Below the pieces are notes generated by a model, which searched no databases, was not told where the DNA came from, and saw only the letters and a program-made list of their open reading frames with translations. Shown piece after piece: positions 18,601 through 27,400 of a stretch of DNA of 52,299 bases. Source of the stretch: a virus. Lineage: Duplodnaviria > Caudoviricetes. How positions within the stretch are numbered: position 1 is the stretch's first letter; each line of letters opens with the position of its first letter. Both the position numbers and the translations under genes were made by a program. The DNA lies in the IMG/VR virus record IMGVR_UViG_3300030450_003597, positions 1 through 52,299 of that record, one strand, 5' to 3'.

Positions 18601-21600
18601 TTATGGTCATTGATAACAGAATGAGAATATCTTAAATCTCCTGGGTTTATTTCAATAATTTCTTTAGCTCCTCCAATAAGCTCTAAAGGTTTACCTTTAA
18701 TATAATTATAATCACCTGGAATCCTGTCTCCTGTTTGTTTAATAGCACTTTCCATCATAAGAAAATTAACGCCTTCTCCATTATTAGCTTTTTCCATAGC
18801 TTTAGTTAAGTCAGGACCAGCTTTATGAATCATATATTTACCAAGTATAGTTCCTTTAGGATTCTTTGATATAATAAAAGACTTATTAGAACCTGTATAT
18901 GGAACTCCTGCATCAAGATTAATAGCATCTACAACTGCATCTGTTGCTATAATAGCTCCATCAACATGCTGAGGTAGTTTTACATTTAAAGCTTTTAATA
19001 TATTATCTATCTTTACGGGGTCAGCAATAAGAGAACCTTTATAGTTACCATCTCTTTTACCTAAAGCTATTTCATTAGCATGATTCTCTCTAGATGCTAG
19101 ATTTTTTATAGCTTCATTTTCAGGTAAAAAATGAGCTTTTTCATGTCTAATTACAAAATCTTCCCAAGATTTATAACTTTTGAAAATATTTTCAGGAAGA
19201 GGATTTACTCCTTTTACTTTAGGTTTTATCCACACTTTATTATCATAATCTTCTCTAAGTTTATCTTTATCAATTTTAATTGCTCTATTTTTCTTATCTG
19301 TTTGCGCAGAAACAAATCTGTCTGAAACAGTTGATTTTATATTCTTAGAATAAACTATCTTTAAATCAGGTAATTTAATTTTAGATAATTTTAAATCTGC
19401 ACCTGTATATTTAGGATTATTAATAAATTCTTTATCTCCTTTAATACCATTAGTCATCCATATTTGAGCTCTTTTATTATCTGCAACAGCATTTTGTATA
19501 AATCCAGGATTATTTATCATTTTATTTATAGGCATACCATTTAATTGCTCTTGATATGCTATAATAGATTTCATCATATTATCATGCTCTAATCGATTCA
19601 TACCATATAAATCTTTAGCAGTCTTATAAATAGAAGGAGGTAAATTTACTTTCTTTGTTTTCTTATAATTTGGATGATACTTAACAAATATTATTCTATC
19701 TTTATCGCCTACTCCACCATATGGATGATAACCTTTTTTACCCATCTTTTTTATAGTATTTGATATAAAGTCCTTTTTAATTGCTTTTTGCTCTAATGAA
19801 GTACCCTCTCTTCTTGTAGCATATTCAAATTTAGATAAGTCATAATCCACGCCTTTATAAGTAAGCGCATCTAATATAGCATATTCAAATTCTTTTGGAG
19901 GCTCTATTACTAATTTTGATTTACCTCCCATTGTATATGGATTTTCTTTATCTGTTAGCTCAACCTTTTTACCATCTGTATTTATAAAACGAACAGCCTC
20001 TCCTTGATTTTGTACAGCAATCCACTGTCTCATTTTACCTTTTAAGTCAGTTGGTAGTTGCATATTAAACTCTTGTTCTATAGCTTCTACCCATTCTGGA
20101 GACCTATTTTTAGTTGAACCTCTTTCTATGTATTCAGGGGCTAATTTACCAGCAGATTTTGATATTTTAACTATCATATCATCTCTTTCAACAGAGCTTT
20201 TAATAGTCTTTTTTAATTCAGGTCTTAAGTAGGTTTGCATAAAATAAGACATTTTATTATCAATAGGGCTAGTATAGAATTCACCTGCATCTCTAACATC
20301 ATTTGTCTCAATATCAAGAATATCCTGTTTTTTATCTATTTCTGCATCAATTTCAGCTTTAAAGCCCATTTTATCCCATTTTTGGAACAAAGACTCTATA
20401 GCCTGCTTCTCACCTATGTCAATAGCTTTCTTTCCAAAAAAGGCTACTCTAGGGCTTAATTCAGGAGTTTTAGCTGTTGTAATGAATTTTTTACTACCTT
20501 TATCATACTTAAGCCATTGCTTAGTTTTATCATAAACATACACCTCTTTACCTGCATCAATACCCATTTGAATTGCATATTTAGATAATCCTTTAGTAGC
20601 AGTCATTTTATCATTTACTTTGTCTACTGATATAATTTGGTCTGAGAATTTAACATTAACGAAATCTCTTCTCATTCCTTCTTTAGCATATTCAGATAAT
20701 CTTCCTATCCTAACCTTTTCTCCAGCTTTATTTAAATTTTCTATAGCAGTATCAATACCTTTATTAGCTTCAACTAGATACTTTCTTTCTATAGTAATTG
20801 ATTCATTAGGCTTACCATAAGTCTTTACTTGGTCAGGGAATTTTGTCTCTACAGAAGATATATCTCTTTTTCTAGCACTCTCTAATACTTGTGCTTGAGT
20901 TCCAGTTTCTCCAGTAGTCATAACATAGTATCTAGTAGGGTCTGGTTTAGAAGCTTCTTTGATAGATTCTCTAATTATTTGTTTTTGTTGTTTTTGAACT
21001 TCTTTTTCTATTTTATCAGCAACTTTAAATACTTCAGAGCGAACATCTTTTCCAGATTTTTGAAGCTCTTCCATCTTAGGAGCCATGCCTTCTACTTCAG
21101 CTCTCCTATAGAGTTCATAGGTAGCTGCTTCTATTTCCTCTGGAGTACCTCCAGCCATACCTGGTCCAGAAGTAATTTTTAAAACCTCTTTTTGAACTTC
21201 AGGTTCTACTTTTTCCCAACCTTCATATAGTTCTCTTGGGTCATAAGTTTTTCTATGAATAGGATTATCACTTTTTTCAGCTTTCTCTCTAACCTTTTGA
21301 GCAATAGGCATAGCCTTAGCTACAGTCCAAGGTTTTTCAGAACCACCAAAGTATGCACCCATAAGATATTCATATACTTGTTCAGGAGTTGAAGCTCCTC
21401 TTGCAGTTGCAGGTAATCCCATAAATAAAGAACCTGCTAAACCTCTTGCAAACTTCTCTGCCTTAGGGTCTTGCATGTTTATTTGATTTCCAATACCTCT
21501 AAATACACCACCAGCTATAGCTCCATGAAAGAAACTATCAAGCATAACATCTACACCACCTTGCCAAGCAGATATAGCACTTGCAGTACCTAGGTTGAAA

Positions 21601-22148
21601 GCACCTTCAGCTATATGTTTTGCTTTTCCTGTAGATAGGAATTTAGCTGCATCTTGAAATGCTTGACTCTTAGCCCCTATTCCAGCTTTTAATCCAGCAT
21701 TAGCTACTTTAGCGGCTCTAGGAGTAATATATTTCTCAGCTACATATAAAGGAATACCTTTTTTACCTTGAAGGAATTTAGCGCTATCTAATAAGGTTCT
21801 ACTTTTAGTAGTCATACCAAGGAATTTAAGAGGACCAGCTAATATACCAGGAGCAAATCCAGCTAAGTGACCTACACTTTTAGCTACTGCTTCCCAAGCA
21901 TTATCTGGAGTATCTTTAGATACATTTAAAGTAGTAAAGCCTTCTAGGAATCCTGCTCCAGCATATTTAATAGCATCAATAATAGAAAAATCCCCTTCAT
22001 AAAAGGGGACATTATGATATTGAGCATGTTGCCTTACAGATTCTAATCCTTGAGGACTAAAATTAGAAGGATTCTTTTCATATGATTTTATGAAATCTCT
22101 AGTCTGAGATTTGGTATAGGAAGGACTCCATTGAGAAGTTTCTGCCAT
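12684..22148 (-). CDS. Giant virion-associated two-barrel RNA polymerase/ejection protein (3154 aa)
   Basis: RVP followed by GADLDGD (D1487-D1491; nt 17676-17690). Upstream HVDG and ESAIK motifs. Ala/Gly-rich hydrophobic N-terminus; last gene of the virion arm. Confidence 0.8.
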   Translation of the reverse strand: MAETSQWSPSYTKSQTRDFIKSYEKNPSNFSPQGLESVRQHAQYHNVPFYEGDFSIIDAIKYAGAGFLEGFTTLNVSKDTPDNAWEAVAKSVGHLAGFAPGILAGPLKFLGMTTKSRTLLDSAKFLQGKKGIPLYVAEKYITPRAAKVANAGLKAGIGAKSQAFQDAAKFLSTGKAKHIAEGAFNLGTASAISAWQGGVDVMLDSFFHGAIAGGVFRGIGNQINMQDPKAEKFARGLAGSLFMGLPATARGASTPEQVYEYLMGAYFGGSEKPWTVAKAMPIAQKVREKAEKSDNPIHRKTYDPRELYEGWEKVEPEVQKEVLKITSGPGMAGGTPEEIEAATYELYRRAEVEGMAPKMEELQKSGKDVRSEVFKVADKIEKEVQKQQKQIIRESIKEASKPDPTRYYVMTTGETGTQAQVLESARKRDISSVETKFPDQVKTYGKPNESITIERKYLVEANKGIDTAIENLNKAGEKVRIGRLSEYAKEGMRRDFVNVKFSDQIISVDKVNDKMTATKGLSKYAIQMGIDAGKEVYVYDKTKQWLKYDKGSKKFITTAKTPELSPRVAFFGKKAIDIGEKQAIESLFQKWDKMGFKAEIDAEIDKKQDILDIETNDVRDAGEFYTSPIDNKMSYFMQTYLRPELKKTIKSSVERDDMIVKISKSAGKLAPEYIERGSTKNRSPEWVEAIEQEFNMQLPTDLKGKMRQWIAVQNQGEAVRFINTDGKKVELTDKENPYTMGGKSKLVIEPPKEFEYAILDALTYKGVDYDLSKFEYATRREGTSLEQKAIKKDFISNTIKKMGKKGYHPYGGVGDKDRIIFVKYHPNYKKTKKVNLPPSIYKTAKDLYGMNRLEHDNMMKSIIAYQEQLNGMPINKMINNPGFIQNAVADNKRAQIWMTNGIKGDKEFINNPKYTGADLKLSKIKLPDLKIVYSKNIKSTVSDRFVSAQTDKKNRAIKIDKDKLREDYDNKVWIKPKVKGVNPLPENIFKSYKSWEDFVIRHEKAHFLPENEAIKNLASRENHANEIALGKRDGNYKGSLIADPVKIDNILKALNVKLPQHVDGAIIATDAVVDAINLDAGVPYTGSNKSFIISKNPKGTILGKYMIHKAGPDLTKAMEKANNGEGVNFLMMESAIKQTGDRIPGDYNYIKGKPLELIGGAKEIIEINPGDLRYSHSVINDHKMLGKNEAGKPIGITFVKQMLTNLHPDMYSKVSQETIDNLYNEIAQRSFDGKTEYNKLVDSYLEKPSDKILKDIIENFDDVGIKSVEKVLKSPGSEKLAQEMLLKILKTNKESLEMSRNEGENSGTQAEEQSRNLVDFYSTADNIIKHLSKMEDAYPMFFDKYTKDYVHTSIDRFVAERVLRPKMKNAIVARMRPYDKSLQEKFPELNKKDDIFYLGDLYKDTPMYTNIPRLEKTTLGKLWSVKNMPEFKKYKQEFDDIFEAINVRVPQDSPSGAQVKRFAGFTGIKDHGVLSHGRSMEAQGGADLDGDESFIYFGGRHADGTGEGMKKSWKDMYKAQKEEFYTKDKTNIKDAKTQYRDKIVISRKDVKDRGLNPDFLDQVNKNPLARFSPAVRMFVGQEHARSRGKMGPVVGMTSHMRAAWSSLKHSNNKFDVFEKGIFKDGVKYRTILEPKEASAEQRDLSKALVNFTADPANETGLIEFPKMQSLLREAYFKITPQKYNEKTKKWINLSKIPTYGIEGKTQNHQRYNDIRNFNAAYFSRNWDLNRGYTPFEKKMMGKRINNYDSNEMTTSTMKFANTLRNVDMDISLFKRIDFNAYKKLYNKHEVYAKKLDFYKQLLGRTKLVEEPSKQVDFILKNDLFIEENIKSWSKDGKSLIKELGISKIRHNIKDPLNEVEVEGYLRKLLSDSQDYLSNAFHNMTTLDRIVDIYEKSYEKGEGLTNELMAQIRAKVEEFKSINAYQHKMRSNRGEFVPSESTQEVNRLKDIKSLHEALNLKSPINLKGLERRTKLVDNATLDNLILKYKESLPSESARDVFDNLYIGSLRSPEMQKSIDKYMKMPNKDKLEKITLTDLYKQGAKTNTTKAAFDSKVVSSKNIMNFFKTKNKYYLKSMEPYKEVDIESFEKEIDPLINKRDIRLAANITNDIDAYQGIKKGNVEATPENKKIVKELFENLKFYSDAKGKDISQLLSGIYSTMHEPFSDVPPKTLNQMNIKDYKLINNYFKFVRSGNMFQQMEKHLDNLKKAGLKRRHHLLFPKQIDAEMLSNDMKFLPSEGYFQTKDGIAKIGKMYRPTYYGEVLQNWISRTHDLSYGKSEELIRSFQDSFKYLNQTKDGDAMWRLAVRKSELKQFHDSGEKIYEQNWKDSQKNNNYFKIRNKNYVVELDGVRKKYNGHELIDYTMNKLEGLMENYHSIIRGRPGALSKYRTGWYDPDKQTQPILDYKSFINDLDIAYKKGQLLSSKDKKVDEFLGIGVDGMRHMTRSMFIDLLPPTEYTRFVKGEVKKINTEDYWKLSKLEQAKWRPDKEAKAREYEDLVINSTGYRKGYFPHYFHSKKKLKQSLKNEKDMLLSDKTLTKQEKQAKIQKLITQYKTRIGDWDFADYKMWNKLDADLFKETLTKLEKKELSKQETTKLPSVNMRFGNMFARDNHMGGWMVDPTSVEVYIRNLTNTYFRQMGNLVSRYTLHNMREHMNKKWVTPASQKDKKEAREMVKGWVTFWKKYASEAMGNPVMLSQAELDNPNLKLKGTPYSWFADNLVAKKLNKIGEKLGLIKDPIKEIDITKKQDKDIIIGGLDAYNIRSLANTEGKYQLATLMTHPKTMINNVFGGTMHTFQSVGYEPLRKARDISFLQTINPKWKNKEAINDFVADLGIQPEFLQHEFGLHKEFREGKGKAFANELIEISKSDAKVKDIDFTALSKKYGITDAVMKKAAAFMTIPERMLRRDSFMAHYIKAWERFGGSIQDPNHPYLIEIAKKGVKATQFLYNAPFRPAFARSGLGKIMSRFQLWSWNAVRFRNDIRKQARLYGYTPGTEAMKRFERTMTTDLFVLALSSVFMYSLFEQVLPAPWNWLQDTSEWLFGDEKERDRAFFGTYPRAVAPLQMITPPIARFPISVIREFAEDDYTKLSDYYMWTMFPFGRMIRDVAHPETGLLNNPLRLPEKVVGFPLTGMAREAKRIRESDYTPPTPGMSLY

Positions 22149-22161
22149 TAAGAACTCCTAT

Positions 22162-23151
22162 TTACTTCATTTCTTGAATAGTCTTTGCTACATCATGTAA
22201 ATCTTTAGCCGACCAAGCTGCCATTGCTGCAGTTAAAGCTCCACCAGTAGCTAATCCAGCAGCTCCTAATCCAATCTTAGCTAATGTCCTAGCTGCAACC
22301 TTCCACCCTAAATTTTTAGCAACATATGCTGATACTCTTGCAGCTCCATGTTTCTCTATTTTACTTAATACAGTATTATATAAACCGCTAACAGCTTGTC
22401 CTGCTGCTTTACTTTTATTCATAAGAGATGAGGCTGTTTGTTTTTTAGCTTCTTTACCAGTAAAGAATTTTTTAGCTTTTCCTAATGCATCAATACTTTT
22501 TAAACCTCTATAGGCTCCATATCCTAAACCAGCTTTTAAAGCTGTTCCACCTATGTTTTCAGGCTCTACCATACCTCTAATTCCTTCACCTATTCCTTTA
22601 AAAGTTCTTCCCCATGATTCACCTAAGGTATCTCTTGGAATTAAATAATTAATTGTCGGATTAGGCATTCCTTGTTCATCTTGCATAGGAACTTTTGATA
22701 TTAAAAGTTTTCTAAGGTTAGGTTTATTATCTAATAAAGAAGACATCTCTCTATCAGATTTCTTGTAAAATTTCTTATAAATATCTAATTTTGAATTTAA
22801 ATCTAAAGCAAGAGCACTCTTATATTTATCATATTCAGCTCTAAATAAAGCAGGATTTAATAACCCTCTTTTTTCTGCATGCCTTCTCATTCTAGGACTT
22901 AAGCTTTGAGACCATTTTAAATAAGCATCATCAGCACTTAATGCATCTACATCACCCATAGATTCTATATTCTCTTCAGCATATTGACCAAATATATCTT
23001 CAAATGTTCCTGCCCATAATCTCTTGAGTTTGTCATCTTTATTAGGAACTAAGGAAGCTAAAGCTGAACCTACTTGTTCACCAAATCGAGCTTGGTCTGA
23101 ACCTCCATATGATTTTGCGTATTGTGCTATTAAATTGGGGTTAATTGCCAT
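22162..23151 (-). CDS. Putative internal virion/ejection protein
   Basis: Helical with an Ala/Gly-rich hydrophobic C-terminus; adjacent to the RNAP gene. Confidence 0.55.
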   Translation of the reverse strand: MAINPNLIAQYAKSYGGSDQARFGEQVGSALASLVPNKDDKLKRLWAGTFEDIFGQYAEENIESMGDVDALSADDAYLKWSQSLSPRMRRHAEKRGLLNPALFRAEYDKYKSALALDLNSKLDIYKKFYKKSDREMSSLLDNKPNLRKLLISKVPMQDEQGMPNPTINYLIPRDTLGESWGRTFKGIGEGIRGMVEPENIGGTALKAGLGYGAYRGLKSIDALGKAKKFFTGKEAKKQTASSLMNKSKAAGQAVSGLYNTVLSKIEKHGAARVSAYVAKNLGWKVAARTLAKIGLGAAGLATGGALTAAMAAWSAKDLHDVAKTIQEMK

Positions 23152-23165
23152 TTTTCTCCTTTTTC

Positions 23166-23795
23166 TTATCCACCTGGAAGAAAGCTTCCCAAAAGCCCTT
23201 GTCCAAATGCTTGGTTAGAAGCTCTTCTTGCATTAGCAGCATTAATATTTCCTATATACATATTAGCTTGATTCTCATCTAAACCTTGTTGCATACCTAT
23301 TAATCCTGATTGTAAACCAGCTACTCCTTGCATGCTTCTTGCATGTCCTAATCCTTGACCCATAAGTCCAATACCTTGCTGAGTAGCTCCTTGCATTTGA
23401 GCTAAAGCTGATTGTAATAAGCTTGAACCTATACCGCCCATAGCTTGATTTTGAGCCATTCTTGATTGCATCATAGCTTGTCCAGGAGAAACTCCTGACA
23501 TTGCACCCATTTTCATCATAGAACTACCTATTTGAGCACCTTGGTCTGAAGCTTGTCTAGTAGCTATATTTTTTAATAAACCTCTCATTCCAACATTACG
23601 GTCGGAATAAATATCCATAAATTCTCTACCGAGACCTAATTGTTCATCGGCTTGACCCATACCCGATTCCATCATGCTAGCTAAATTACTAGCTTGATTA
23701 GTAATCATATTTTGAGTAGGCTGCATATATTCTTTAATTTTCTGCACGCTTACTTTCTTTCTTTTACCAAATAATTTATCAGATAACCAACCCAT
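23166..23795 (-). CDS. Putative pilot/ejection protein (Gln/Met/Gly-rich)
   Basis: MGWLSDKLFG N-terminus; low-complexity Q/M/G/A composition. Confidence 0.55.
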   Translation of the reverse strand: MGWLSDKLFGKRKKVSVQKIKEYMQPTQNMITNQASNLASMMESGMGQADEQLGLGREFMDIYSDRNVGMRGLLKNIATRQASDQGAQIGSSMMKMGAMSGVSPGQAMMQSRMAQNQAMGGIGSSLLQSALAQMQGATQQGIGLMGQGLGHARSMQGVAGLQSGLIGMQQGLDENQANMYIGNINAANARRASNQAFGQGLLGSFLPGG

Positions 23796-23821
23796 TAAAT
23801 CTCCTTAGATTTCATCATTAT

Positions 23822-23850
23822 AATATACACTTATTTACTATTATCATCAA
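23822..23850 (-). promoter_or_regulatory. Sigma70-like promoter for the ejection/RNAP genes
   Basis: TTGATG-17 nt-TATATT on the - strand upstream of 23795. Confidence 0.5.
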
Positions 23851-23856
23851 AGTACT

Positions 23857-24483
23857 TTATAGATTAACTCCTATTTTCCATGCAAATACTCTTAAATGCC
23901 CAGAAGTTTCTTTTGTCATTGCAGTTCCAGTAGCAGAATGAGTATTGTCATGTATTAATATATGCGGGTCAGCAAATCCTATACTCATATAGCTGTTTTG
24001 CATAAATACTGACATTCCAGTATCGGTATTTGTAGGAGTATTATATAATTCAGCTATTCCTATGTGATTAAGTGAAAATATATCACCTGTATTGCCCGCT
24101 GCATCTCCAGTACTTATTTTTACTCCCGTTCCATTTGCTTTGAAATAGAAATGGGTTAATAGAAGCTTACTATTTAAACCATGGTGAAATTTATACCTAT
24201 TATTAGCTGAAACTGCTGTCCATCCACTATCATAATGAGGTGAAATAACAGGATTTTCCCATCCTTTGTTTGTTCTAACTCTCATTTTATAAGAATTATC
24301 TACTTGTCTTTCTACACTTAAGTCACCACTTTTTCCTTTTGTTTCTGGAATCTCTAATTCAGCAGGATTATTAACAGCATCTTTTAATAGATTTAATTTA
24401 TTTTCAATATCTTGTAGGCTTTTTTGAACTCCATTAAAGTCTTTAATTTTAGTTAATATTTTAATCTTATCAATTGAAAACAT
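23857..24483 (-). CDS. Virion/tail protein
   Basis: YDSGW...HHGL motif common in fibre-associated domains. Confidence 0.55.
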   Translation of the reverse strand: MFSIDKIKILTKIKDFNGVQKSLQDIENKLNLLKDAVNNPAELEIPETKGKSGDLSVERQVDNSYKMRVRTNKGWENPVISPHYDSGWTAVSANNRYKFHHGLNSKLLLTHFYFKANGTGVKISTGDAAGNTGDIFSLNHIGIAELYNTPTNTDTGMSVFMQNSYMSIGFADPHILIHDNTHSATGTAMTKETSGHLRVFAWKIGVNL

Positions 24484-27400
24484 TATTTTGTAGATTTTCT
24501 TCTATATAAAATACCAATTGAATCTAACTCTTTATCCATATTCTCTAATTTAAATTGAAGCCATCTACCTTTTTTATTTGAACTACTTATTTTATATTGA
24601 GAATCATTTGTTGATGTAGAACTATATGTTGTATCGGAATTTGATATATTGCCAGTACTTGTTACTAATAGAAGTTTATTTTGACTATTTGTATTGCTAC
24701 CATCAAGATTTACATTTTCTTTAATTCCATTTAATTTAATCTTATTAAATACTTTGACAATAGAATCTTCACCAACTGTTATCTTTTTACTTACCCATGT
24801 ATAATCTCTATAATCAATTCCGCCTTTATATTCATATATAAAGTCACCTATCGGAATACAAACCTCACCTGCAGTTCCTAAGAATGGTTTACCTACATTA
24901 GAATCTTCGCATAAATCCCATAAATCCCATCTTGATTGAGGTATATTATAAGACCAAACAAAGTACTTTACTGTACTTGCATTGTTTGTTCCCTCTTTAT
25001 GATTTATTTTAAATACAACCAATACGCTAGAAGTAGAAGAGTCTAATATTAAAGAAGGGGGAGTAAAATTTGGTTGATTAACTATATTTTTCCATGAAGC
25101 ATCTACAATATTATCATCTCCTCCTAATAATGAATAAAAATCTGTATCAACTTCTCCACTTTCAGATATAGGTTCGGATATTTTTCTAGGAATAGTACCA
25201 TCATGTAAATATATACCAGTTATATCAACAAAAAACATACCATACTCAGTAACAAGAACACTATATTTGTCTATACAACCTATGCCTTCAAAAATATCTT
25301 CTATTACTAGTGTTTCTTGATTTATTCTATAAATATTAGTACTATCAAAGGCATATAATCTTCCATTAAAGTTAGCTAAGGCAGTCGGTTTAGATTTTAA
25401 TAATATAAAATCATTAACCCAATCAAATAAACTAAACATACCAGGTCTAGACCTGAATAACATATTTGAAGCATTTAATACTTTCTGATGAGAACAATCT
25501 CCTACTATTAAATAACCATCAATTTCAGTTGATATTCCATACTTCATATCAACAGTTTCTAAAATTTCAGACATACCTGTTCTTGATTCATATGTAGCTC
25601 CTAATTTTCCAGTATCTACTATAAGATTGCTCCATACTCCTTCTTCTGATTGACTCCATCCAGTTGCAGTACTAACCTCTTTGACTAATCTAAAGAAATC
25701 AGTAACTCCATTTCTTCTATAAATACAAACATGAGTTAATCTCCTGCTGTAATTCTTTATAGCCAATGTAATATTATAACTCCCTACTGCAGAGTTAGGC
25801 GAATCACTATATAATGTTGAAGATAAAGGACCCTCTTGATAGCCATCATATATAAAAGATATTTTATATTCATATCTAACATCTGTTTCAAAAGTATTAC
25901 CACTTCCTTCTGATGTACTCATACTTCCAGGATTTATTATAATATTATTAAAAGCTGCTGTCATAAACATATCTTCAAATACAGCAGAACTAGAATCATT
26001 TCTAAGTAAATTGAATTCAGAAGCTCCTCTATCCCAAGAATTCCAATTATCTCTTATTTTTGTTATCCTAGATTCTGAGCCATTACCACTTTCAATTAAA
26101 AACATCTCCCAATAATTTGTATAAGCTCTACCTTGTAATACCTCTTCATCTTTATGAGCAACATCAAAAGCATTTGCCCCAGAGGTTGCAATGTCTTTTG
26201 TATTAAAAGTTCCACTTATTTTAACATCCTGTACAGATACATTATCAATATTCCAAGTTATTGTCCCATTATGAGTAGATGAAATAATCAAAGCAGCATC
26301 TGAGCTTGCAACTACTTCCTTACTATAATAAGTTTTAGTAGTAGTGATAGAAAATGTATCAGAAGCAGTTCCGCCTATTCCCATGCTAACATTTGTTAAT
26401 GTTCCACTATCAGTCCAAAGTTCGGCAGTAATTCTATAAGTTCTTGCTGAAACTGCTCTTAAGCTACCTGTTCCAAGAGTCGCTCCTTGAGGGTCAGTAT
26501 CTGCAAGATTTGTTATTACTAAATTCGCAGGACTTCCATCATCACTAAATGTAGGAGCTGAACCATCTGGAGAATACTCTGTCCAATTAGAAGCAGAGGC
26601 AAAAGTTCTATCATTTTCATTTTCAATCATCTCAGATTTAAATGTTACAGTATCTCCATCAGATAACTTATGAGCCGTAGAAGAGAGCCTTAAATCATCA
26701 CTATCATTAGCTGTGACTGAGACTGCATATTCTCTTAATTTTCTCATATTAAATCCACCAAACATTGTTCTATACACAGCTCCACTAAAGTTGAGGGCAA
26801 TAGGATTTTGAACTGAAGATATATTATTAATAATTGGTATTGCATACCAATAAGCATCTGTTATTGCAGTTGTTGTAGATACTGTAAATTCACAAGAACC
26901 TGTGACTGTCACTGTATATCCAGTAGGATTTGGAATTCCAACCTTTCTAATCCAAACTTTATCTCCAGTAGTTAAACCATGCTGATAAGTGCATGTAACT
27001 ACGCCACTTCCAGAAACACTACATTTATTTCCTTCTGTTTCAGGTAGTTCTAAATAAGAGCTAGAAGAACCTATATTATCAGATATACTATATGTCCATT
27101 CTCTTTTCATTGGAAGTTTAGCTATAGGGTCTCCTATATAAGCATTATTAGGAGGATAATTATTATAATTTACTAGACCAGTAGTTGAATTTGTAAATTC
27201 AAATGGAATAGTTTGCTGCTTAGCTAGTCTTACAGGAGCAGTGCAAGCTTGCCATGGAGTCCATATATAATAATAGTCATTAATAGAAGGATTATGTCCA
27301 AATGGATAATGGACCATTACATATATAGCATCACTAGTAGCAGAGCTTCCTTGAGATTTACTATCAACAATTTGTCTTGTTTGAATGCATCCTGTTTCTT

